The position numbers and the translations under genes were made by a program. Below the pieces are notes generated by a model. That model was given only the letters and a program-made list of their open reading frames with translations. It was not told the origin of the DNA and did not search any database. A stretch of 33,560 nt of DNA from Candidatus Saccharimonadales bacterium (lineage in GTDB: Bacteria > Patescibacteriota > Saccharimonadia > Saccharimonadales > JBBQAJ01). The stretch lies in the NCBI GenBank assembly GCA_038316195.1, contig JBBQAJ010000006.1, positions 1 through 33,560 of the forward strand, read 5' to 3'. Of the stretch, positions 25,071 through 33,560 are shown one piece after another (the stretch's first letter is position 1; every line of letters starts with the position of its first letter).

Positions 25071-26546
25071 TCATACTTTAGGAAGACGTGATGTTACATG
25101 CATAACTGGTATGCAGATATTCCTTTCCTTCCATTCGATGGTAAAATATTCATATTGAAACATTGACATGTTTTCAATGATTATTTCGCTTATTGCAGCA
25201 ATAGGAAATGTGACTAGTGCAATCAAGGTATTTTCTGGGTCAGATATTTTTACTATAGAAACATGTGAAATTATTAATATTAAGCATGTTGACGAAACTA
25301 GCAATGGATTAATATTTATAAGCCAATTATTCAAAATTAAAAATAGAAATGGGAATATAAAAAATACAAGGATTATCACACTAAGCAAGAACACCCACTC
25401 TGGTTTTTTGCGTAATTTTGGGTAACTGTTTCGAACAGCAGTACTAAGTTGTTGTTGGTAGTTTTTATTAGTGTATAATTCCAACTCATTACTGCTTCGA
25501 ATGAAACTATACTTGTCCTGTTTTACTAACTCTCTTGCAAAAAAACTTTCAGGTATTATTGTATTGCTTACTGCTCCAAAACCGCCAATCTTTTTAAGAA
25601 CTTTTTTTTCAATCATCCAACAGGTGCTCAGTACTGGTGGCTTGTTAAAAATCCTTCGTGGTAGCGATAGTTCCCACCAATATCGCATTGGCTGAATAAA
25701 AGCATCTGAAAATTTGCTAGAACTTTGAATAGGTAACACACTCAACATAGATTTATTGCGACTTTTTAGTATATTCACCATGCTTCTAATAGTTCGTGAG
25801 CCAAATCTAGCATCCACTCCACAAAATAGAATTAATTCACCGGAAGCTTCTGCGAAAAGTCTTTGATATGCTTGGTTTTTTGCTAACCATCTTTCTGCCG
25901 GAAGGTCGCCATTTATAAATCTAACACCTTTTTGAGCAAAACTTTTTATTATTTCATCAGTATTTGATTGAGAACAATCATCGAGTACTATTACTTCAAG
26001 TTTTGGATAATCGTTATTTAGTACTGATTCTAAACACTCTTGAAGAGATGTTGTTTCATTGCGTGCAGGGATGGCAACAGTTATAGTCGGCAATTCAGCA
26101 TCCGTCATATATATTTCAGGCATCCGAAATTTTAATTTTCTTAAATTGTTTTGCACTATAATAAAAATGCATACAGCTATAAAAAGCTGGAAATACGTTA
26201 CTATTTCTAAAACTTTTGATTTACTTAATAAAATAATCAGGCTAATGAGTACAACAATAGTTGGGTTCAAAACAAAAAGAAAAATACTAGTCCTTAGGGT
26301 CGCACGCCTCAGATATGTTTCATGCATACGATTCTTAACTATTCTAAGCATATTAAGAACTCTGAAGATTGCAATGGCGCCAACTGGTATGCCAAACAAA
26401 TATCCAAGTTGATAACATATCAAAGCACTTGTTATTAAGACAATAATTGCTATCGTTAACGCCATTAGACGTCGAATTTTCCAAGCAAAATGCAAACTAT
26501 ATAGAGCGCCCTCTAGTAAAAAAGAAATAAACCACAATTCAAACAC
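25071..26546 (-). CDS. Membrane GT2-family glycosyltransferase
   Basis: IPARNE, VLDDCS, WLAK; several hydrophobic helices at both ends. Confidence 0.88.
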   Translation of the reverse strand: MFELWFISFLLEGALYSLHFAWKIRRLMALTIAIIVLITSALICYQLGYLFGIPVGAIAIFRVLNMLRIVKNRMHETYLRRATLRTSIFLFVLNPTIVVLISLIILLSKSKVLEIVTYFQLFIAVCIFIIVQNNLRKLKFRMPEIYMTDAELPTITVAIPARNETTSLQECLESVLNNDYPKLEVIVLDDCSQSNTDEIIKSFAQKGVRFINGDLPAERWLAKNQAYQRLFAEASGELILFCGVDARFGSRTIRSMVNILKSRNKSMLSVLPIQSSSKFSDAFIQPMRYWWELSLPRRIFNKPPVLSTCWMIEKKVLKKIGGFGAVSNTIIPESFFARELVKQDKYSFIRSSNELELYTNKNYQQQLSTAVRNSYPKLRKKPEWVFLLSVIILVFFIFPFLFLILNNWLININPLLVSSTCLILIISHVSIVKISDPENTLIALVTFPIAAISEIIIENMSMFQYEYFTIEWKERNICIPVMHVTSRLPKV

Positions 26547-26622
26547 ATTTTTATATTAACTTTATATTATGAAAACAAGAAACTAAAATATCTAATATTG
26601 ATATGGAAATAATAATAACTAT

Positions 26623-26650
26623 TTGCAAGAAACTCATCTTGTGATATATT
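26623..26650 (+). promoter_or_regulatory. Candidate secE-nusG promoter
   Basis: TTGCAA 26623-26628, 16-nt spacer, TGaTATATT 26642-26650. Confidence 0.55.
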
Positions 26651-26656
26651 GACATC

Positions 26657-26684
26657 AGAGGAACCTACGCATAGGTTCTTTTTT
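26657..26684 (+). terminator. Terminator-like hairpin in the secE 5' leader
   Basis: GAACCTA-cgca-TAGGTTC followed by TTTTTT, then the AGGAG RBS of secE. Confidence 0.65.
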
Positions 26685-26698
26685 ATTAAGAGGAGATT

Positions 26699-27112
26699 AT
26701 GGCAGAAGACAAGACCCCAACTGGCAAACGCCAACTGAAAAAAACCTCAACTGTACGAGAGCGTGCAGAAAAATCCGGAGGAATAATTAAGCACAGAAGA
26801 CTTAAAAAAGCTCGTTCTTCGCTTGCGAAATTTGGTAAACCACTAAAAAGCGTTTCAAATACTGGACGTAAAGAGTATTACCTTCCTCTGCCTGATAATA
26901 AAGTCGGAAGGTTTTTCAACAAACGACGTCAAATAATACCAAGCTATTTTCGAAATGCTTGGCGAGAATTAAGACAAGTAGTGTGGCCAAGTAATAGAGA
27001 AACTACAAAACTTACTTTTGCTGTATTTATGTTTGCCATATTTTTTATGATAATAATTTCACTGACGGATTCTGGACTAGATAAAATATTTAAAAAACTG
27101 ATTCTGAAGTAG
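26699..27112 (+). CDS. secE: Preprotein translocase SecE with long basic N-terminal extension
   Basis: YFRNAWRELRQVVWPSNRET plus one TM helix; directly before nusG. Confidence 0.93.
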   Translation: MAEDKTPTGKRQLKKTSTVRERAEKSGGIIKHRRLKKARSSLAKFGKPLKSVSNTGRKEYYLPLPDNKVGRFFNKRRQIIPSYFRNAWRELRQVVWPSNRETTKLTFAVFMFAIFFMIIISLTDSGLDKIFKKLILK

Positions 27113-27122
27113 GAGAATTTAA

Positions 27123-27665
27123 ATGGTAAAAAGATATGATGCAACAAAACAATGGTACGCAATCCACACATATAGTGGTTACGAAGAGAAAGTAGCAGAA
27201 AGTATCCGCCAACGAACAGAGAGTCTGGATATGAAGGACAAGATTATTCAGGTTTTAGTTCCCAAAGAGAAAATGATTGAAGTTAAAAATGGTAAGAGAA
27301 AAGTTGTTGAAAAAAGAATTTTTCAAGGCTACGTATTAGTACAAATAAAAATGACTGAAGACGCATGGTATATAGTTCGAAACACTCCATCTGTTACTGG
27401 ATTTGTGGGTAGTGGAACAGATCCCACTCCAATAAGTGATGACGAAATAGATAAGATCATGAAACGAATGGGTCGCGACGAACCTAAACACAAAATTGAT
27501 TATAAAATGGGTGAAGTTGTTAACATTATAGACGGTCCTTTTAAAGGTTTTGATGGTAGCATAAGCGAAGTAGATCAAACTAAAGGTAAATTAAAAGTTC
27601 TAGTAAATATGTTTGGCCGAGAAACACCAGTTGAATTAGATAGCCTTCAAGTAAAAAGAGTATAG
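27123..27665 (+). CDS. nusG: Transcription factor NusG
   Basis: WYAIHTYSGYE, VRNTPSVTGFVG, KOW GPFKGFDG, MFGRETPVEL. Confidence 0.98.
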   Translation: MVKRYDATKQWYAIHTYSGYEEKVAESIRQRTESLDMKDKIIQVLVPKEKMIEVKNGKRKVVEKRIFQGYVLVQIKMTEDAWYIVRNTPSVTGFVGSGTDPTPISDDEIDKIMKRMGRDEPKHKIDYKMGEVVNIIDGPFKGFDGSISEVDQTKGKLKVLVNMFGRETPVELDSLQVKRV

Positions 27666-27858
27666 AGATATCCAAATAAAATAAACAAACTTTTAGTTTG
27701 TGCTATTAAAAGTATGAACTTGCAAAATAAAAATTGATGGAAAATGTACATATTTAAGATAGTAGTACATGTCGGAGCGAAAATAGAGTTCCGGGCAAAG
27801 ATTAGTGGCGCTATTTTGCAATATCTATTCTAATGATCGACAATGCATACGAACCAGC

Positions 27859-27887
27859 TAGACAACAGAGGTAAGTTATAGTACAAT
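27859..27887 (+). promoter_or_regulatory. Candidate rplK promoter
   Basis: TAGACA 27859-27864, 17-nt spacer, TACAAT 27882-27887. Confidence 0.6.
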
Positions 27888-27946
27888 CTATCGGTTACGC
27901 ACATGGATACATGCTTCAGTATCCATTAATGCAAGGAGAAAAGAAT

Positions 27947-28378
27947 ATGGCCAAAAAAGTTACAGCAAATTTGAAAATGAAGATCAAAGGAGGGCAAGCC
28001 AGCGCAGCGCCTCCTGTTGGAAGTACGCTTGGTCAATACGGAGTAAATATGATGGATTTCATAGGACCCTTTAACGAGGCTACTAAAGACCAAATGGGGC
28101 AAGACTTGACGGTTCATATAGCTATACATGAAGACAGGACTTTGAGCTTCAGAACCGTAGGGATTCCCACTGACGATCTTATACGTAAAGCACTAGGGAT
28201 ACAAAAGGGATCTGGAAAACCAAACACAGAAAAAATTAGTAAAAAACTTTCTGATGCTCAGTTGACCGAAATTGCAGAAACTAAGGCAATCGACATGAAT
28301 ACAGACGACATCCCTGCAGTTAAAAAGATTGTTTCTGGCACAGCTCGAAGCATGGGCGTTGAAATTGAATCAGCTTAA
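27947..28378 (+). CDS. rplK: 50S ribosomal protein L11
   Basis: MAKKV, APPVGSTLGQYGVN, GTARSMGVEI; start moved to ATG 27947 after AAGGAG. Confidence 0.96.
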   Translation: MAKKVTANLKMKIKGGQASAAPPVGSTLGQYGVNMMDFIGPFNEATKDQMGQDLTVHIAIHEDRTLSFRTVGIPTDDLIRKALGIQKGSGKPNTEKISKKLSDAQLTEIAETKAIDMNTDDIPAVKKIVSGTARSMGVEIESA

Positions 28379-30663
28379 GAAATATCCATATTTGATACAA
28401 CTGCTTCAAATAGCTCCTCGGTAGCAATCCAGATAGCCCTAGAAATAGGATTACTCTCAAACAGCTTTGAATAGTGCTTTTTGCTGTTTAAATAATATTT
28501 AACGAAACTAGCTTTAATTTGACCTCTAGTTACACCAACTGTTAAATCTCCAATATGACTTCCTGAACGGTCTATTGATTTTTTGATGATCTCTATATTT
28601 ATATTATTAATTCCTAGTTTTTCAGATTGATTTGCGTCTAATTCTTCTGATGTTTCGTGGGAGTGATTAGTTTGTTTAGTTTGAATCAGTACAGATTCTA
28701 ATACTTTCGTACCAAATTCTCGATGTATTATTCTTTTTCTTTTATTGCTTTCCTCAATTGATTCAGCGTCCTCAACAGAGTCATGTAGGAGTATTGAAAT
28801 TAAATCTTCTTGAGATATATCCTCGCCTCTTGCAAATATATTCAAAAAATATGCGAGTGTAAGAGGTAATACATGACCTTCATAATGATTTATGCCAGAA
28901 CGTCTTTTTTCACCGTTATGCCATTTATGAGCAAGCCTTAGAGCATTATGTAGTTTAGTTTCGCCGATTATCCAGTTTGGTATTTCAGCTTGTATTATGT
29001 CTCTAAATTCTATTTCAGAAACTTTCGATACTGGTAAAACTACCAAACTCAGATCTAAACTACTTAAGTTATCTGAAAATTTCATTTTTGAAGAAAATTC
29101 ACCGAGATCATGTGGTATTGCTAAGGTCGTATTATTTGCCGTTATTACTTTGTATAATTTTGAATAGTTGTTTTGTAGGTTTGGCCAGAACTCAAGCATT
29201 CTTATCTGAGTTTTCACGGCAAGTTCCCGTGTACCGTTTGTAAATACTTCTGCTCGCCTTATTACTCCATTTGCAATTTCTTCTGCACGTCTTAAATCTT
29301 CCTTTGTAGAAGGGTTAGATTTATATACCGCAATTATTGCTTTTCCAATTTTGTTACTAGTTAGCATTTTTTCAGTGACAATTTGAATTTCGGTTCCAAC
29401 GCGCGTTGATATCCCTAGTTTTTTAATCACAAAATTCAAATACACTGTTTCAAATCCAGATTCTTTAGGTTTCCCTGCAAGCATTTTTTCAGGTCGCCCT
29501 AATTTATCATATAGCTCATTAGCTTTTTGAATATTCAATACAATTGCTGCGGAATCCTCAGTATTTTCTTCATGGTTATTATTTTGGCGTCCTAGTTCTA
29601 CGACGAATTCATCAGTTATTATTCGGTATGTTCCATTTTTGTATTTGAACGCAGAAATAATATCGTTTATTACAACTCCCAATGATTCATTATCTTTGAC
29701 TACAATTCTATAACCTATAATATCGGCAATTTCATCATAGTTAGTAATACCTTTTCGAAGCCCCTTTAAGATCGTAGAACCCAATCCTTTAATTCTTTTT
29801 CTTTCTATGCGAAATGAAGGTTCGTCAATCCATGAATTCAAAAGTTGTTCTATAGGATCTATAATTGAAGCTGCAAGAGTTTGTATTGCTGTTATATCGC
29901 TAGTAAATTCAGGATACTGGATTTCCATATACTCCCAGGCACTTTGTCTTGCTCTTTCTGTTATGTTATCAAATTTTGGTCCAAACATTCTTAACGTAGG
30001 TATAAGTATTTCTTCAAGATTGATAACAGCCCTAAGTCTAATATTTTCATCGACGTTATTATCTTCTACAAGCGCAAGATTCCTTGCAAAATTCAGTAAA
30101 TATCCCTCAACATCTGATTCCATTACTAATTTTCTGCTTGATTCTAATTTTTCAATTGACGTTAAGGGCGCAAAATCTTTTACGAATCCTTTTGGCAATG
30201 CTTTGTCTGATTCGCCAGCAATTATGCTAGCTAAATCCATCCGTTCTTCCTCGGTGCCTTCAAATCTATCGTCGAGTAATATATTTTGCGCTGCATCAAA
30301 AAACCGGATATCTTCAGCTTTAACATTTTCAAAAAATGACATACCAACACCAACACACCAGGTGGTATATTCAGAAGTAGCACTCTCCACCATTAGTTTT
30401 TCTAAATAGTTTAGTGCTTCATCCCTGATTGTACTTTCACCTTTTATATCAAGATCAATATATCTCAACGCTAGTGCAACAGGAATCAATAAATTAATAA
30501 CATCTGTAAAAGATTCAGGCGAAACTATTTCAGTAGTATTTATTATATCTAAAACTACACTTGGATTTGGTAATATACCAGAAATTTCTAACCAATCATC
30601 ATTGAGCTCACTTGGCGAAAACTTTGGCTCTAAGTCATCAAAATCATAGGTGGAATATTCCAT
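28375..30663 (-). CDS. RelA/SpoT-like protein: divergent synthetase domain followed by C-terminal HD hydrolase domain
   Basis: Synthetase-like RIKGLGSTILK..DEIADIIGYRIVV..PKESGF..EIQIVT..VYK; C-terminal AHKWHNGEKRRSG..YEGH..LLHDSVED..FG..IDR. Confidence 0.8.
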   Translation of the reverse strand: MEYSTYDFDDLEPKFSPSELNDDWLEISGILPNPSVVLDIINTTEIVSPESFTDVINLLIPVALALRYIDLDIKGESTIRDEALNYLEKLMVESATSEYTTWCVGVGMSFFENVKAEDIRFFDAAQNILLDDRFEGTEEERMDLASIIAGESDKALPKGFVKDFAPLTSIEKLESSRKLVMESDVEGYLLNFARNLALVEDNNVDENIRLRAVINLEEILIPTLRMFGPKFDNITERARQSAWEYMEIQYPEFTSDITAIQTLAASIIDPIEQLLNSWIDEPSFRIERKRIKGLGSTILKGLRKGITNYDEIADIIGYRIVVKDNESLGVVINDIISAFKYKNGTYRIITDEFVVELGRQNNNHEENTEDSAAIVLNIQKANELYDKLGRPEKMLAGKPKESGFETVYLNFVIKKLGISTRVGTEIQIVTEKMLTSNKIGKAIIAVYKSNPSTKEDLRRAEEIANGVIRRAEVFTNGTRELAVKTQIRMLEFWPNLQNNYSKLYKVITANNTTLAIPHDLGEFSSKMKFSDNLSSLDLSLVVLPVSKVSEIEFRDIIQAEIPNWIIGETKLHNALRLAHKWHNGEKRRSGINHYEGHVLPLTLAYFLNIFARGEDISQEDLISILLHDSVEDAESIEESNKRKRIIHREFGTKVLESVLIQTKQTNHSHETSEELDANQSEKLGINNINIEIIKKSIDRSGSHIGDLTVGVTRGQIKASFVKYYLNSKKHYSKLFESNPISRAIWIATEELFEAVVSNMDIS

Positions 30664-30730
30664 ATATAATAGATATTATATAATGTATTGATGATAAAGC
30701 ACAATCTGTGATATTATAAATATTATTAAT

Positions 30731-30774
30731 TTGTGGGACCTCTTAAATATTGTATCGAGGGCTTGAACCACGAA
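30731..30774 (+). promoter_or_regulatory. L1-binding autoregulatory leader structure upstream of rplA
   Basis: GTGG-GA-CCTC...GAGG-GCTTGAA-CCAC two-helix/internal-loop pattern resembling the 23S rRNA L1 site, next to the RBS. Confidence 0.7.
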
Positions 30775-30784
30775 AGGACATCAA

Positions 30785-31819
30785 ATGGCAGAAACCATTA
30801 AGAAAACTGTTTCCAAAACAAGTAAATCGAGTACACAAGATTTAAAACTAGATGATAAAATTGCAAAAAAATCAGCAAATAAATCTAATACTGAGAAAAA
30901 GCAGAAAACTATCGCTACAACTGAACCGGTATTAGAGATTAAAACTGAACAAGTTGATTCTGAAAAAGATGACACAAATGTAAGAAAAGCTGGCAAAAGA
31001 AGCGAAAAGGGAATAAAAGAAGCCCTAAATAAGCAGGAAAAACTGGAACGACAAGCAAACACACTAAGCGAAAACGATACTGAACATAAAAAATCAACAA
31101 CAAAACACGTTCAAAAGACTAGGTCCAAATTAGAACGTAGTTCAAAAAATTATAGGAGAGTTTCTGAAATATTAGATTCCAACAAATCATATGGTATAAA
31201 AGACGCATTAGATTTGGCAGTCAAAACTAATCCAGTTAAATTCGATGCAACCGTTGAGCTTCATGTAAGATTGGGCCTTGACCCAAAACAAGCTGACCAA
31301 AACTTGAGAGATACAATTACATTACCTTCAGGCACTGGTAAGGCAGTTCGAGTCGCTGTCTTCGCTGAAGAAGAACAAATTTCAAACGCTAAATTGGCTG
31401 GCGCTGACATTGCTGCATCAGATGAGTTTTTACAACAGTTAGACAAGGGTATTATCAATTTTGATATTCTTATTGTTTCACCACAACAAATGTCAAAACT
31501 TGGCAAATACGCCAGACTTCTTGGTCCTAAGGGCTTAATGCCGAATCCAAAAAGTGGTACAGTAACTACTGATATCGCAAAAGCAGTAACAGAAGCTAAA
31601 GCAGGACGATTAGAATATCGTGTTGATAGCACAGGAATTATTCATGCAGGAATAGGTAAAGTGAGTTTTGGCTCCGAGAAACTATTGGTAAATGCACAAG
31701 CACTATTTGCAAGTATTAAAAATAACAAACCTACTTCTCTAAAAGGGGTATATGTAAAATCTGTTTTCGTAACAACTAGCATGGGTCCCAGTATACCAAT
31801 CGAAACCTCGGTAATTTAA
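30785..31819 (+). CDS. rplA: 50S ribosomal protein L1 with ~110-aa charged N-terminal extension
   Basis: KFDATVELHVRLG, LPSGTGK, LGPKGLMPNPKSGTV, TTSMGPS. Confidence 0.97.
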   Translation: MAETIKKTVSKTSKSSTQDLKLDDKIAKKSANKSNTEKKQKTIATTEPVLEIKTEQVDSEKDDTNVRKAGKRSEKGIKEALNKQEKLERQANTLSENDTEHKKSTTKHVQKTRSKLERSSKNYRRVSEILDSNKSYGIKDALDLAVKTNPVKFDATVELHVRLGLDPKQADQNLRDTITLPSGTGKAVRVAVFAEEEQISNAKLAGADIAASDEFLQQLDKGIINFDILIVSPQQMSKLGKYARLLGPKGLMPNPKSGTVTTDIAKAVTEAKAGRLEYRVDSTGIIHAGIGKVSFGSEKLLVNAQALFASIKNNKPTSLKGVYVKSVFVTTSMGPSIPIETSVI

Positions 31820-31843
31820 TATGTATTAAAAAAGATTTACTAT

Positions 31844-32335
31844 ATGCCCCATGTTCACGAACTTAACGATTTTACATCAAGTGGGTATATTGTTTTTAAA
31901 CAGAAGATTCTTTTAGTTCATCATAAGAAGCTAAAAGTGTGGATATCACCAGGAGGTCACATTGAATTGGATGAGGATCCGATAACGGCACTCTGGCGAG
32001 AAATTTTAGAAGAAACTGGACTAAACAAAAAGAACCTAGAGTTAATTTCAACTGGTCCATTAGTCAATGACTTAAAAACTACAAAAGCTTTCCATCCTCT
32101 TCAATCACCGTTTGCAATGTTTATAACAAATTACGACAATACGACAAATCACAAACATATTGATTTGTGCTATTTGCTAAAGTCAAATACTTTTGAGGTA
32201 ACATTAGAAGAAAGTTCATCACATGATATTGGATGGTTTACGCTTTTACAGCTTGATAAATTGTTTATAAATGGACACATGTTTCAAAATTCTTATACAT
32301 ATAGTAAATTTGCAATTAACTATTTTAAAAAATAA
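31844..32335 (+). CDS. Nudix hydrolase
   Basis: Nudix box GGHIELDEDPITALWREILEETGL; HKHIDL. Confidence 0.93.
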   Translation: MPHVHELNDFTSSGYIVFKQKILLVHHKKLKVWISPGGHIELDEDPITALWREILEETGLNKKNLELISTGPLVNDLKTTKAFHPLQSPFAMFITNYDNTTNHKHIDLCYLLKSNTFEVTLEESSSHDIGWFTLLQLDKLFINGHMFQNSYTYSKFAINYFKK

Positions 32336-32373
32336 AGTTTTTAGCTGGAGCTTAACTCTAGTACAATATGCTC

Positions 32374-33129
32374 ATGATTATATTGGGCATGACTGGACCG
32401 ATTGGCCATGGTAAAACAACGTTTGCAGATGCTCTAACTGAACTAGAGCCAAATACTGTGCATTTTGAATCTTCATTGATAATCGCAGAAGTTGCGAATT
32501 CTCTTCAGGCTGCCTTAAGTGATGTACCTGACCCATATAACGTAGAACGCTTAAACAATTGGCTAAGAGCACTACCGGTAATATTGCTTGAAATAGCACA
32601 CGTTCACTGTACGTTTGAACAAATCAAATTAGATCAAGTTGCAATGGAAGAACACCCAATTGAATTTCAAAAACTAATTCTTCATGTAGAAAACCTACAA
32701 CGCAGACCAGAACTAATGTCGCAACAGATTACAAAAGATAACAAGGAAAGCTACAGGCCATTTTTGCAATGGATAGGAGGATATCTAGTTCAACATATTG
32801 ATAGTGGTATATGGTATAACGAAATAGTTAGGCGTGTCAGACAAGCAGCCTCTGCCGGTGCACAGCTGTGTATAGTTGGAGGGCTTCGCTACCCAACAGA
32901 CGCTGCAATATTACGTGGAGCTGGTTCCATAATAATTAAAGTCTACCGGCCGGGACATTTACAAAGCGATCTATTAGACCCCACGGAACGTGAACGTCAA
33001 AATATAAAAGTGGACTGTACGATTATGTCTAATGGCACCGTTGCAGATGTAAAAGTGTTCACGAAATTGTTCTATGAAGATTTAAAAAACAACAAACTTC
33101 AATCCACCTATCACACAGCAGTTGTCTAA
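32374..33129 (+). CDS. Deoxynucleoside monophosphate kinase-like P-loop protein
   Basis: IILGMTGPIGHGKTT, RPFLQWIG, GGLRYPTD..IIKVYRPG resemble phage-type dNMP kinases; start 32368 or 32374. Confidence 0.7.
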   Translation: MIILGMTGPIGHGKTTFADALTELEPNTVHFESSLIIAEVANSLQAALSDVPDPYNVERLNNWLRALPVILLEIAHVHCTFEQIKLDQVAMEEHPIEFQKLILHVENLQRRPELMSQQITKDNKESYRPFLQWIGGYLVQHIDSGIWYNEIVRRVRQAASAGAQLCIVGGLRYPTDAAILRGAGSIIIKVYRPGHLQSDLLDPTERERQNIKVDCTIMSNGTVADVKVFTKLFYEDLKNNKLQSTYHTAVV

Positions 33130-33560
33130 GAGTTGTACGGCTCTTTTATTCCAAGTAATTTATCAACAGTGACAAAAGTAAAGTTCTGCTTTTTTAGTTC
33201 ATCAATTACTAACCTGACAGATTCAACAGTCTTGCTTCTATCACCACCTTTAGACTCCACTCCATCGTGAAAGATAATAATTGATCCAGGGTGAACTTTA
33301 TTCACGGTTTTTTTAGCAATATATTCTGCATTTGGCTGAAACACCTCAAAAGCATTACAAAATACACCAGAAATCATTATCATTTTATTTTCACGAGTAA
33401 CTTTAAACAACCCAGGAGACCTAAAAAGCCAGGGAGGTCTAAAAAACTTGGGCATTACGCCGACAGTATTTTTGATTGTATTTTGACAAAGTTCTATTTC
33501 ATAGCTCATCCGTCTTATGTAAAAACTATTCATAAATTTATGATTCATTGAATGATTTCC
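33126..33560 (-). CDS. Polysaccharide deacetylase (CE4/NodB), 5' truncated by window
   Basis: Frame is open to the window edge giving GNHSMNH; FFRPPW and GSIIIFHD motifs. Confidence 0.9.
   Translation of the reverse strand, partial: GNHSMNHKFMNSFYIRRMSYEIELCQNTIKNTVGVMPKFFRPPWLFRSPGLFKVTRENKMIMISGVFCNAFEVFQPNAEYIAKKTVNKVHPGSIIIFHDGVESKGGDRSKTVESVRLVIDELKKQNFTFVTVDKLLGIKEPYNS

Noticed and set aside
27744-27833. 29-codon ORF MYIFKIVVHVGAKIEFRAKISGAILQYLF between nusG and rplK
   Set aside because: No well-spaced RBS, no motif and no linked terminator; cannot be supported.
587-33551. Many short ORFs antisense to or nested in real genes (e.g. 587-835, 4500-4913, 21169-21486, 26059-26412, 29807-30409, 31261-31632, 33291-33551)
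   Set aside because: They overlap well-supported genes and show no motifs or RBS; typical shadow ORFs.
1-33560. CRISPR arrays, prophage, rRNA genes, tRNA-end direct repeats marking an integrated island, alternative genetic code
   Set aside because: No repeat-spacer periodicity, integrase, phage structural genes or duplicated tRNA 3' ends were seen by eye; conserved genes end normally at TGA (e.g. rplQ, trpS).

Overview
AT-rich bacterial chromosome segment using the standard code (TGA is a stop). Gene content and style suggest Patescibacteria/CPR, probably Saccharibacteria-like; this is an inference, not a database result. It begins with the end of the ribosomal superoperon (infA', rpmJ, rpsM, rpsK, rpsD, rpoA, rplQ, rplM, rpsI). 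Two aromatic amino-acid operons follow: DAHP synthase-PheA-TyrA-like, and a small ORF-trpB-trpA next to trpS. Each is preceded by an unannotated, apparently leaderless leader peptide with mutually exclusive antiterminator/terminator pairings. One peptide carries Tyr-Trp-Phe and the other a single Trp, and the two modules share the same geometry. The rest is the conserved tRNA-Thr/tRNA-Tyr/tRNA-Thr/rpmG/tRNA-Trp/secE/nusG/rplK/rplA order with accessory genes inserted in most gaps. These include a CRP-family regulator with CRP-box sites, an IS256/IS1249-type element inside an SDR pseudogene, a GT4-GH57-GH15 alpha-glucan cluster, and an unusual RelA/SpoT-like protein whose intact-looking HD hydrolase lies C-terminal to a divergent synthetase domain. 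The best candidates for novelty are the paired leaderless attenuators and the rearranged RSH protein.
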